Positions 1-11,435 of a stretch of DNA of 64,000 nt are shown in pieces (the stretch's first letter is position 1; each line of letters opens with the position of its first letter). The translations under genes were made by a program, and so were the position numbers. Origin of the DNA: Monocercomonoides exilis PA203 (lineage: Eukaryota; Protista; Preaxostyla); contig LSRY02000037.1 of assembly GCA_001643675.2 (NCBI GenBank), forward strand, positions 186,001-250,000. The letters run 5' to 3'. The notes beneath the pieces are model-generated. The model was not told the origin of the DNA and ran no database searches. It saw only the letters and a list, made by a program, of their open reading frames with translations.

Positions 1-632
1 AATCGCTGGATGGTCTGAGTCCGCACATTGTGCTGTTCTCAGAGCACATGGTGATCTGCATTGCGATGCACTCAGACTGCTCGACAGACTCGGATTCATC
101 GTCCATCTCATCATCAACGACTGTTGTGACATCTGCCAGTGATGATGAAAGTGACTCCCTTCCTTCATCATCTTTTGAGGATGAGGAAGAATTCAAAAAA
201 GAGTGCCTTCGGTGGAAGGCGCCGGAGCTGGTGAGTGGAGCGAAGAAGCATGCGACGAAGAAGACAGTGGTGTTTTCGATTGGGATGATGGTGTGGGAGT
301 GTGTGACGCTGAAGATGCCGTTTGGGGAGTATGACGGGTCGGGGGCAGGGGAGCTGATTGTTGAAGGGGCGAGGCCTCGCATGGAGATGATGGAGGGGTC
401 GAGGCTGTCGGGATGTGTGAAGGAGTGTGTACTGCAGAAGGGCAGGGAGCGGCCAGAGCTGGGGAGGCTGAAGCGAGAGTTTTTTGGGTATTTCCCATCG
501 GGAGCAACGATGGTGACAGCGACAGACGCGATTTGGCTGTATGAGGGGAGCGATGTGTTCTATGGAAGTGGGGGTATTTGCAGCAGCAGCGACAGCGACA
601 GCGGCAGCACATGCACAGAAATGGGAGGATGA
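1..632 (+). CDS. 3' end (partial) of a receptor-like surface protein with a degenerate kinase C-lobe; paralogue of the gene ending at 36976
   Basis: Translation (LSPHIVLFSEH...RWKAPEL...VFSIGMMVWE...RERPEL) is nearly identical to the last ~210 aa of ORF 28664-36976; the frame runs in from before the window start. Confidence 0.85.
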   Translation, partial: SLDGLSPHIVLFSEHMVICIAMHSDCSTDSDSSSISSSTTVVTSASDDESDSLPSSSFEDEEEFKKECLRWKAPELVSGAKKHATKKTVVFSIGMMVWECVTLKMPFGEYDGSGAGELIVEGARPRMEMMEGSRLSGCVKECVLQKGRERPELGRLKREFFGYFPSGATMVTATDAIWLYEGSDVFYGSGGICSSSDSDSGSTCTEMGG

Positions 633-1134
633 TAAGTGTTGGGGCTTCTGAAAGACGGTGATGAAAAGCAGAGGAAGGAGAAATGAAGATGAGAGTATTC
701 TTTGATTGGTATTTGGTGAATGAGTGGTGATGGAGGGTGAAGGATTTGAAGGGATGTGATGGATGATTATTTGGGAGGCAGGAGAATGGAGCCATGGCAG
801 AATATTGGATGAGATGGAGGAGCCACAGGGGTGGGAAAAGTTTGTTGGGAGCGACTTCTGAGCAGCTGATGTGAAAGAGTGGTTGTTTCTTCCATTTTAT
901 TTTGTTTTTCAATCTTTTTATTTTTTAATTTTTTAATTTTTTTTATTTTTTTTATTTTTTTTGGAAATTACTCACCTCATGAACTTTTGGAGGCTATGCC
1001 CTATTTTCTGTTAGGTTTCAAATGATCTGTCGATTCTGATATTTTTTTGTATTCGGGATGTTTTCATGAGCCAGCGATTCGGAAATGAATATTGTTGGAT
1101 GAAGAAAATTTTCATGATCAAAGCGTTGAGTGAT
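1..1134 (+). repeat. Direct repeat copy 1 (gene tail plus ~500 bp 3' flank); copy 2 at 36348-37492
   Basis: Base-by-base near identity from AATCGCTGGATGG through GGAAATTACTCACCTCATGAAC to ...TTGAGTGA, then divergence. Confidence 0.9.
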
Positions 1135-1904
1135 GATTATCCCAAAATAAAATATATTTTGACACTGTTGAAATGTTTTCAAACACATTAATTGTTGTTT
1201 GCAGCTGGACAGAATTCTACCAAAAATTGAATGATCCAAAATGAAAAATTTCTTGATAGAAAGTGAATATTTATCTGTGAAACATTGTTTCTCAAGGATT
1301 TTTGCAGTTATTTCATCTGAAGTGGTGGAAATATCCTTTTCAAGATTTTGATACATATATTTTATCTATTTCCATCCATCCATTGAAACATGAATGGCGT
1401 TGTGATTTTGCAATAATCTGATAATCTTGAATAATTTTGTTTTAAACCCGAGTTACGAATTGAAATTTATTTGGTAAATTGAGCGAGAGTTTATTTTTTT
1501 TTTTAAATAATTTAATTTAATTTTATAATTTTTGAAATCTTTTGGTTTCAAAAGTGCAGATGATGCCTTAGTCAATAAAAGGGAGAAGATAATTTGTTTT
1601 TCATTTGTTCTAATTTTTGAATAATTATTAGGGTGGTTTTTTTTATCCGGACTTTTTTTTATCCGGACAAAAATTTAAAATTTAAATATCTCAACAAATA
1701 TTCAATATTAATTTCCAGCAATTTGCACAGTTGTATGTTAGCATATATGACATCGATTCATATACAAATTTTTAATTGCAGTGTTGTATTTTTTTTGAAA
1801 TAAATAATTATTATTTTTGAAAATCCGACTTTTGATGAATTTTTCTATTAAAATAAAATGAGTAAGTCATCTTTAATATACACAACTTATTTTTTCCCAT
1901 GATA

Positions 1905-3914
1905 GGGTTATCATTTAACCCCAACCCATTTTTTTATTCTGACCCAAATGTTTGAAGCGAAAAATTTAGAAAAATTTAAAAAAATACAAAAGAAGAATCA
2001 ATTCTTCGAATTATCTTTCTTTTTCCTGGTTTTCTTTGCATCTCTTCGTTTTCCTCTTCGTTTGGGTCATCGAAAACAACATCAGAGCGTTTTCTTTTGA
2101 TTTTATGTTTGAATTCAACCATTTCATCTTTTTCGTTTTCTATCACTTGTTTCATATCTTTTTCATTCTCCTTTTCTTCATTTCTCCCTAAAAATCTTTC
2201 CCAATCGTCGAGAAGTTCTTTTTTTGTTATTAACTTTCCAAAATAATCGAAACGGTTACGATGGGAAGGAAGAGGGTATTTTGATGACTCCGGTAGTTTG
2301 CGAAGAACTGGACAGAACGTATTATGAAGGACTCCACTTTGTTTAAAAGCTTTTTTAATGACAGAAGGAGTGAAAGCGGAGTGAATTGCTTGAGGAAGCA
2401 CGTCGACAAGTGCTTTTCTCGAAGCAGACGATGAAGTTGACGATGGAACATCAAAGGATGAAGAAAGAGAAGTTTTGAGAGTTGCAAATACTCCTCTATC
2501 GAGTGGCTGAGACAAATGAGTACTGTGGGGGATGAACGTTACGACGTCTATGTTATTTTCTGAGAAAGTTTTCCAAATTGAAGGATCACCGCGTGAAGGA
2601 TGAGAGTCGATGAAAAGAAGACATTTCTCTGTTTCCAGTGACATGCGCATTCTTCTTTCAACGATGGAAGGGAGAAGAACTGTTTCTGCATATTTCTTGA
2701 AGTTTTGCTTGTCCATCCAGCCACTTTTATTAGGCCAGATGTCCAGAGTTGGAGAGAGAAGAGCCTTCAGTTTGTCCTGTTGTTTAACGCTTGGCCAGAG
2801 AATGATGCATGGCAATGAATAACCATCTGCAGCCACGGCAGCAACAAGTGTTGCATTGTCCATTCTTTGCGCTTCCTTGCAGAACCCAGCGCTTTGTCCA
2901 GTTGGATGGATCACCTTAATATTAGCAGCAGATGGTACACGCAAAGATGATTCATCAACATTAAATATTAATGAAGGTATGTAATGATTTTTTTCATGAA
3001 AATCTGTAATCATGTTATACCAAGGCTTCATTACACTCTTGCAGGAAACAGCCAGTCTATTTATATTCAAACTTTTCGGTTTGCTCTTCGTCAACTCAGG
3101 GTGCCGCTTCAAAAACCCATATGCCGCAGCATTTGAAACTGTGATGTGTGGCTCGTTTTCTTCTTTTGTATCGTTTAAAACATTTTCCATCTTGCAAAAA
3201 AATAACATAAATTAAATATTCAAAGTGAACAAACCAATTCTCTTGTTTTCTTCATTGTTAAACTGCTCCCACAAATAGAATCAATTTTGATCACATCCAA
3301 AACTGTTTCTTCTTTCTCTTTGCTGATTGCCTGAGGTCTCCCTGGTTTTCCAACTTGCCTTTTTGTTCGCAACACCCGAACTGCGTTTTTTATACTACTG
3401 CGGCTGAATTGCTTAGAATTAATGGCGTCTGTGATCCTGACGACGCCATCATGCACAATATGTGCCATTCGTTCCAGTTTATTCTTGTATTTTCTATATT
3501 GAAAAGATAACATGGCATGCTTAAATTTTGTCTGCCCTGCTTTTCTTTTTTCTTTAACAAGTATTTTCATTATTTATTTTAAGGTTTTGATCTAATTTTC
3601 ATTTTTTTAAAAAAAAAATTGAATTTCAAAAAAAAAAAATTATTTAAAAATATATTTTGATTGAACAAAGTGGCTTTACACCCCTTGAAACCAACCAATT
3701 TCTCGTGGAAGCTTGATGGAAGGTTTTAAACCCCCATCTCCCCCCCCCCCCCCCATGAGAAATAGGCTTCATTTCAAAATACATTTTAAAAAATTCAATA
3801 TAGATTCCTTTTATTCAAAAAATTAAGTTAATATTTCATAAAGTGGGATATGAAACTTTTGTAATAAAAAAAAAGGTCAGAGTAAAAAAAAAGGAGGGGG
3901 TTAAATAATAACCC
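1905..3914 (-). mobile_element. pogo/Tigger-like (IS630-Tc1-mariner superfamily) DNA transposon with ~40-bp imperfect TIRs and TA target duplication
   Basis: TA|GGGTTATCATTTAACCCC...TCTGACC (1905-1944) versus GGTCAGA...GGGGTTAAATAATAACCC|TA (3875-3914); encodes a DDE_1-type transposase; removing it restores the continuous left arm of the outer element. Confidence 0.9.
1976..3570 (-). CDS. pogo-family transposase, 2 exons (3570-3235, 3190-1976), ~516 aa
   Basis: Motifs IFNVDES, FIDSHPSR, IPHSTHLSQPLDRGVF (D-D-D triad); N-terminal GRP/HTH-like region in exon 1; 44-bp phase-0 GT-AG intron at 3191-3234 joins the two ORFs in frame. Confidence 0.85.
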
Positions 3915-4867
3915 TATAAACAATTTAGGTTATTATTTATTTTCCACAATTTACTCTTTCTAACCGAATGAAAATCTGTCATTTTTGAAAAACCATTGTC
4001 AATTGGACACCTTTAAAACTATTTTTCATTAAATGAAGGAGCATCAAAGTGAATTTAACACATGCATAAATTAATATAATTGTTATATAATATTACCACA
4101 AAGTTATAATTAAAAATGATTCAGTAGGAATTTCAAAAGCTTCATTTGTTTCAAATTTAGATGATAAATAATGATCATTTTCATTGAATTATCTACTATA
4201 TTGAATTAAATGAAATGAAAATAGAATCATTAAAAATTTCATCTTATAAATAATTTTAATATAACAATTATATTAATTTATGCATGTGTTAAATTCACTT
4301 TGATGCTCCTTCATTTAATGAAAAATATTTTTAAATGTGTCCAATTGACAATGGTTTTTCAAAAATGACAGATTTTCATTCGGTTAGAAAGAGTAAATTG
4401 TGGAAAATAAATAATAACCAGAATTGTTTATATCATGGGAAAAAATAAGTTGTGTATATTAAAGATGACTTACTCATTTTATTTTAATAGAAAAATTCAT
4501 CAAAAGTCGGATTTTCAAAAATAATAATTATTTATTTCAAAAAAAATACAACACTGCAATTAAAAATTTGTATATGAATCGATGTCATATATGCTAACAT
4601 ACAACTGTGCAAATTGCTGGAAATTAATATTGAATATTTGTTGAGATATTTAAATTTTAAATTTTTGTCCGGATAAAAAAAAAGTCCGGATAAAAAAAAC
4701 CACCCTATTTGAATTTTTTTGTTGTTGCATCACTTCATTTTGATGAATCTGGATGATTAATCACTTTAAGCAAACATATGAATATTAATTTTTGTACCGT
4801 TTTGTGAAATGAATTGAAAAAGAAAATCAAAAATTGTGTGTCATGAAACTCCAAGTATCTCATTTTC

Positions 4868-6417
4868 TCAAACATTCACAAGATAATCATAAATATCCAA
4901 TGATAATTTACGATAACGTTTTCCTTTTAGATAATTCAACACTTCATAAAAGCTTGTGATTGCATCTTCAAATCCTTCTTCTTCCAACATATCAAAAACC
5001 TTCCTTTTGCTTGTCTCTCTTTCCTCTTTTTCCATTTCCTCTTTCTTCTTTCCTTTCAATTTCTTTGCAATCAAATCAAAGAATTGCAAACAATAAATTG
5101 TTTTTTCATCATTCAATGTCGATTGCTGAATCTCCTCCAAAATGAAATCAACAGCTCCGCCTTTCAATAAGTCATCACCTTTCACAGCATTTTGATCTGC
5201 GGCCTCTTCAAATGAACAAATGCACCAGTAGCTTATATCTCTATTGTTCTCTTTTGCTGCTCTGAACGCCCTTGAAATTCCGTCGATTAGTCCCACAAAT
5301 TCTTCATTCCACATTTTGCAATTGAGGAAATAGCACTTCAAAGTTCCGAGCCATCCGATCAAAGCAAACTCTTCTTTTATCTGTTTTCCTCTTTCATCTT
5401 TTTTTTCTCTTTTCCAATCTGCACATTTCGAAAGCTCTTCCATTTCAGTTGACGCTTCTTTAATAAAATGTAATTCATTCACAATCACTCCTTCCAAACA
5501 TTCTTCGTATTCGAATTCGTTCATCAAAAACTGCCAAGCAGACTGATAGGCAAGTCGAGTGAGGTTGTGATGCTCCTGATGATATTCGATGATCTCTTTG
5601 ATTTCATCCAAATACAATTCTTTATCACATCTCTAACAATAATAATATTGAGAAAAGAAAACAATAATATCAAAAATGAAATAGAAATGCTCAAACATAA
5701 TAGATAATGTTGCTCAAAGATAGCAAAGCCATTTCCACTTCTTTTTGAGATTCATCATCTTCCTCTTTCTTTGAGGCAGCTTTCAGAAAACAAGGCAAAC
5801 ATATTGAAGGAAATTCGTTTGGTGCAAGTGCACAATTCAACAGATAGCATTCACAAAGATTAACAAGTTGATATTCATCCTTTCCATCTTTTTTCTTATT
5901 TTCCTCAATTATCATCTTTTCTATTCTGTTGCTCAAAGAAGAAAACGAAAAACTGCAATCAAACGTCCTTTTCAACGTCATACAATATCCTATGTGCGTA
6001 AGAAGCAAAACGGCATTTTCCAAATGCATTTTCTTTTCTTCAATCATTTTGTCTATGCAATTGAATAGTTCTTCAGTGAAAATAGATTCGAATTCTTCTT
6101 TGCCCATCTCCTCCATTAGTCCATAAAGTTCCTCCATTTTTTGTTTCTGCTCACTTTCAGCGGAATGTTCAAGCTCAGAAAACAATTCTTCAAAGAAAAA
6201 AGAAAAAAATATGATCATCAAAAAATTTGTATGCAATATTAATTGCAAACCAGTGAATCTTTCAGTTGCATTCTTTGCCTGAATTAATGAAAATGAATTT
6301 CAATCAGACAACACAAGAATTGAGCCATTCAAGTGAAAAACAGGAAACACAGAAAGAAATGAAAAGCATATTGCAAAAAATTTGAAACAGTCATGAAAAT
6401 ATAAGTATTCATACCAT
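4868..6417 (-). CDS. Hypothetical helical (ARM-like) protein, probably from a lineage-specific expanded family; 4 exons (6417-6415, 6278-6251, 6187-5697, 5632-4868), ~428 aa
   Basis: ORFs 5691-6248 and 4868-5617 join in frame through GT-AG introns; no recognisable catalytic motif. Confidence 0.65.
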
Positions 6418-8604
6418 TCTTCTCTGTATTAGTATTTTTGACAAAGAATTGAAAAGAATACAAACTTTATCTAATTTAATTTGTTGTTATGGATTCTTTG
6501 ATCTCAATCTTTATCGGATTGTGTTGAATATTGCTAAAAATATAAGAACAGCGAGTGAATATGCATTCCTAAATAAGAAATATTATTTCCTGTTATGATA
6601 GCTGGATATGGTGGAGATACAAAAATTTTCAAATTATATTCGATGACTTTTTATAATTGGAAGACCAAGATGAATACAACAATTTTGTTATTTAATGAAA
6701 ATATCTGAATTCTTGCAATATATATTGCATTATTTGTTGTGAAAATATTTCCTTCTGCTTCCTTTTAAAAGCCCATGAATCCGACTTATTGTTTAAATGG
6801 GAAATCTCATCTTTGGAGAGCAAAATGATGAGAATGGAGCTGATTAATAAATAACAATTAGGAAACAAAGGAATATATGCAAACATCCAGCCTTTCATTA
6901 TTTTTATTCGGTGCAAGAGAAGAAAGCAACTTCAGCTTTCAATCAAATGAAAGAGGAAAAAAAGATAGAATTCAGTGAAAACAGTTCATTATTCAAAATA
7001 ACACAGAATTTTGTGGCTCAAGATTGGAGGAATTGCTTTGAGTATTTTTATGCAAGGAAATGGTGGATCAAATCAAATGAAGAAAACAAATACATCAAAG
7101 TTGCAATGAAAAAATGAAAAAAGAGTTTCACAATTGAATCTTTGATGATTTCTGTTTCTGAAGCTAATCCAGACAAATGTGAAATGAAAGAGTATACTTT
7201 TTATGATTCTTTTATTTTTCAAATCGTCTGAGGAATACCATCAACAAAGCATCTGATTATCAGAAAGTGCCACTGGGAAGATTTGAACTTCGTGTTTCAG
7301 CATTTTCTTTTCAAAATGTTAGTCATTTGAGAGAGATATACTACAAATGATTTAAGATCGATTTATTCAAAGTGCAGAATTTGAAAGAGAAAGAAGTTAT
7401 TATCTTTATTCGTTGTTTATCTTTCAACTCTTTTATTATTGAATTCTGTTTCATTGAAATGCATGGCCGTGGGTTTTTCTTTTTGATCATCGAAGAATGC
7501 CTCACAATCACATTGTCACACGCAGTATGAGTATTTTTTGGATAAGTTTCGACTTCTTTCATCTTTTTTTCTCGACATTGATGAAATATAGCAATTTTAT
7601 TTCATTTTGGCTCAGATGCTGTTTTCATCTTCCATGTCTTCGTAGTTTTGGGTTTCATTTCATTTCCACAAGCAGAAGCATATCATCCTCAAAACATAGA
7701 GACTTGAATGCTCCTGTTTCTTTCAGCAGCTTTTGTTCATTTGATTCGATTTGTGGTTATTTTATTCACAAATTCAAAAACAGTTATTCAAAAGAGAAGA
7801 AATGGTGAATGTTGTATGGGGCGTTCTTCGTTATTATTTCTGAGTGCATATGCATATCAGAATTTTGTTTGAAAATTAAGAGACAAAATGGATGAATAGA
7901 GCTATTTGACCAGCTGGATGATATCCATTTTTTATTTGCTTCAATTTCACACTGAAAGTTTCAATTCACCATCGATTCTATTGAACAATTGTCTGAAGAG
8001 AATGGTTGTTATTTGTTCTGTTGTATTCTCAGTTAATTGTCAACGAATGATGAATTAATTGAAGCGAAACGAAGAATGTGAGAAGTGTGAAGAAAAAGGC
8101 AAACGAGCAAAGAAATGGATTGTTTGTATCGTTGGAAAACATTTTCACTCCCAATCTCTGTTTTGATATTTTTTCTTGTTGACAGTCAATAAATTCGAAA
8201 CATTGTTTTTCTTACTTTCTGAGTTTCATTGTGTTTGAACAGTGATCTTTTGGAGATAGAATCTCAATCATCAACTGATTACTCTATAAAAATTGATAAA
8301 CTGATTCCAGTTGAATTGAGCAGATGAAAGGAAGAAAATGAAGAGTTTTCTTTCATTGAATAATTTTTAAATAAAGAAATTTTATTTATATTTGAAAAAT
8401 ACAGAAATAATCAGAAAAAGATAGCTTTTAAAATTGGAATTCACGAAAAAAATTAGGCAAAGATATAAAATTGGAGGAAGATGAAGAAAGCCTTGAAGCA
8501 AGAAGAAAGAAATAGAAGAGAAAAAGGCAAATGGAGAAGATCCTGTTACCTCATGATCAACTCCCTTAATTATTAATATTCTGTTATTTATTCTTATTGT
8601 GTTT

Positions 8605-8702
8605 TTTAGGTTTTAGGGTTTTGAAGAGTTAAACAATTTCATATTGGATAGTGTGATGGTTTAGGGTTTTACCGAGCAAATTTAGGGTTAGGGTTAACCC
8701 TA
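8605..8702 (+). repeat. Small cluster of interstitial telomere-like TTAGGG/TTTAGGG motifs ending in the palindrome TAGGGTTAACCCTA
   Basis: TTTTAGGTTTTAGGGTTTT, TTTAGGGTTTT and TTTAGGGTTAGGGTTAACCCTA within 100 bp. Confidence 0.5.
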
Positions 8703-9120
8703 GAAGAGATTTTCAAAATGAAAATGATATAAATAGTGGGTAGGATCACCTTGGTACCAGGATCTACTCCACTTGCCGAGAAAAACCAAGTTATTTCAAA
8801 ATAAAAAAAAAAAAAAAAAAGAGTACAATGTTGAAATCTTTATATTCAATGGACAAATGATTTTCCTTGATTTTCTGTTTTTTCACAAAAGAACAGTTGT
8901 GTAACTCGAATATCTGTCAAATTAACAATATCTTCACTTTTGCATATTTTTTTTTAAATGTTAATTTGAATATCTGATTTCTTCATTTGACGAGTTTTTA
9001 TTTTTTTTAGTGAATTATACTTTTGTGAAAATGAGAAATTTGTTGATTTGATATCAAAATAAATCGAAACAATAAAAGTACATATGGTATTGATCATGTT
9101 CATTTGAATAAAAGCACATT

Positions 9121-11093
9121 ATGAGTCTCTTAAGATTAGCCGAAAGATTCAAATTGTCTAGGGAGGAAACTTTGAGCGAATTGGGTCTGGAAATTTCTGA
9201 TTCAAGCGAGGAAAAGAAAGAAGGATTTTTAGCATTGATGAAAGAAACAGCTTTGCTTCTTCGAGGGATTGTACGTGGGGAAGTGGAAGAAGACATAAGG
9301 AACATTCTCAAGGAAGAATATGGAATGAGTGGAAGTGATGCGTCCAGGATTGCTGAGGAAGTTGTTGCTGAGAACTGTTTGTTTTCAAATTTTTCGTTTT
9401 CAATTTGAAAATTGAAATACCAAAACATTTTTTATGTATAGCTTCGAGTGCCCCGTCAAAGAATGCAGACGGAGAATTTTTTGGTTTTGGAGAAAAAACA
9501 ATACAAAGCTTGACAAATGAGAAATTGTCCTTTCCATCTCATTTATCTTCGAAAACAGCAAGTGTATCAGAAATTGACAAGGTTAATCCTTCTCTCGCTC
9601 GCCGAGTCATTCCTTCAAAAAGCAGTTTGCATTCATTTGCTCCAATGTGCAGTTCAGAGATTTCTGTTGGGTTGCCAAATTGTGTGCCGTGCTTTGAAAG
9701 TTCAGCAGCAGAGCCAAAGCCAATTTTTTCTTTCGGGCTTAAAGCAGCTGAGCATTTGCCGGTTGATATTTCATCAGCTGAACCATTTTTTGCCTCATCT
9801 TCTTCATTCGGTGAGCCTCCATCATCAAATATTTGGCGCAGTTTAGGTGAAGAAGATGGCTTCACTGAATTTCCAAAAAATGCTTTTGGAGAAGAAGATC
9901 AAGTGCTGAAAGGCAGAATTCAAAAGCAGGGAAAGAAGAACAAGGGAGAGCGCGAATCTGAAAAAGGAGACGAATCAGAAGACTCAAAAGATGAGAGCAT
10001 CTCCTATGAGAGTTGCTCTGATGAAAGCGACTCTGATTCCTCTTGCTCTTCTTTCGCATCTTCTTCTTCATCTGAAGGAGGGAAAGGAAAAGAAGGATAT
10101 AAGGAAAACAAAAAGCCTGTGAAAGGAAGTTTGCATTCTTTGTTTTTATTTTGATTTTTTGTTATTATTGCATCCGATATTTATTGCAAATATTATTTTC
10201 AAATTTTGAAACATTTCATTTTCCGTTGTTTATTTTTTTCAGAAATGAGAGGACCGCTTCATTTTCTTTCTGAAGAGACATCTGGGTATGATCCGACTCT
10301 TGACGAAAGGGCACAACTGTCGCAGAAGGAGCGGCTCATTCGAGTGAATAGAGCATCAGTCATTCCCATTTGTTTGGGAAATCCATTCAGCAAGGGCATT
10401 TGGCGGGTGGATCTGCTTTTGAAAGAGACGTTCGAGTTAAGAGGATTTGGCCTTCTGAGAATATACAAAAGCGACATGAAGAACGCAATCAAGAAGCGCG
10501 ATTCGTCACTGAAGCCAAAGAAGATGAAGGGGCATTCTTCTGTTCATGCAACATCGAACCCATTTGCTTCAACAAATCCATTTGCACCCTCTAATCCATT
10601 TGGATTCGCTTCGAGTGCGAATCCGTTTGCCTCGACAAATCCATTTGCAGCCCCAGTGGGAAGTGAGAGTCATTCCCCAATTCAATATGTTGCATTGGAT
10701 TCAGATGGAATTATCTCGAATCTAAATGGAGACATGAAAGATGGACAGAGGTTGACCAGCGAATGGAAGTCAAAGGGATCACAAGTTGCATGCGAGGTTA
10801 ACACAAAGAAAAAAATAGCGACATTCTTTGTGAATCGAAAAAAGCAACCCGTTCTTATTTCAAAGGTTCCGAAATGCGTTCAATTTCAGGTTTCTCTTTT
10901 TTTTTTTATTATAAATTCGAAAAAGGCTGAAGTTATTTTTTGTATATATACATGTGTTCCGTTTAAAACCTAGATTGTGATACATGCTAATGGAGCATCC
11001 GTAAAGGTGCTTCGGTTGGACAAGATAAAGAAGCCAACAGGTCCCAAAAAAATTAAAGGAGAAAAAAATGTTGAGTTTAATGAGCGTAGATAA
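9121..11093 (+). CDS. Hypothetical protein with a C-terminal SPRY/B30.2-like domain and NPF repeats; 4 exons (9121-9376, 9442-10128, 10243-10889, 10974-11093)
   Basis: Three ORFs plus a terminal exon join in frame through GT-AG introns; C-terminal EWK..GS.VACEVN..KK.ATFFVN..KQP pattern is shared with the gene at 59097-62381. Confidence 0.65.
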
Positions 11094-11392
11094 AAATCAA
11101 TTGGATAGAGAAAAAAGTTACTTGTTAAGGAGTTTGTCAATATTGAAATGGCAAACGAGAAACTCTCTCCTTACAAGAGACAATATGTTAATACGTATTT
11201 ATTAATTTTTGCTGTGAAATGATTACATCTTTTGTTTTGTTTTTAAATCTTAATTTGTGGATGTTTGTTTTTTTTTTCGGATATTTCTTTTTCTTTTCAT
11301 AAAATGTTGCATATTGGTGCAATAATTGAAATTTTAAATGAAAGTTATACTGTAATGTTTCAAAGAGATTTTTTTAACTGTTTTCTTAATTG

Positions 11393-11435
<43 letters not shown>

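Larger units (their letters stand above)
1631..4705. mobile_element. Non-autonomous foldback/MITE-like element (~1.07 kb without the insert; ~446-bp inverted arms, ~170-bp spacer; TA target duplication), interrupted by a pogo-like transposon
   Basis: TA|GGGTGG... at 1629-1636 and ...CCACCC|TA at 4700-4707; 1631-1904 is the reverse complement of 4431-4705, and 3917-4088 of 4259-4430. Confidence 0.9.

Noticed and set aside
193-912. Minus-strand 239-aa ORF and its twin at 36540-37256
   Set aside because: Antisense shadow of the duplicated receptor tail; non-ATG start and no protein-like features
1018-1356. Short minus-strand ORF downstream of the receptor gene
   Set aside because: No motifs, and the frame is not conserved in the duplicate copy at ~37370-37490
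6600-8560. Several 68-103-aa ORFs
   Set aside because: AT-rich with no consistent exon chain or recognisable domain; at most decayed gene remnants
8700-8773. Possible Helitron 3' end (hairpin plus CTAG on the minus strand)
   Set aside because: The hairpin lies over 30 bp from the CTAG, further than typical, and no matching 5' TC end or Rep/helicase was found
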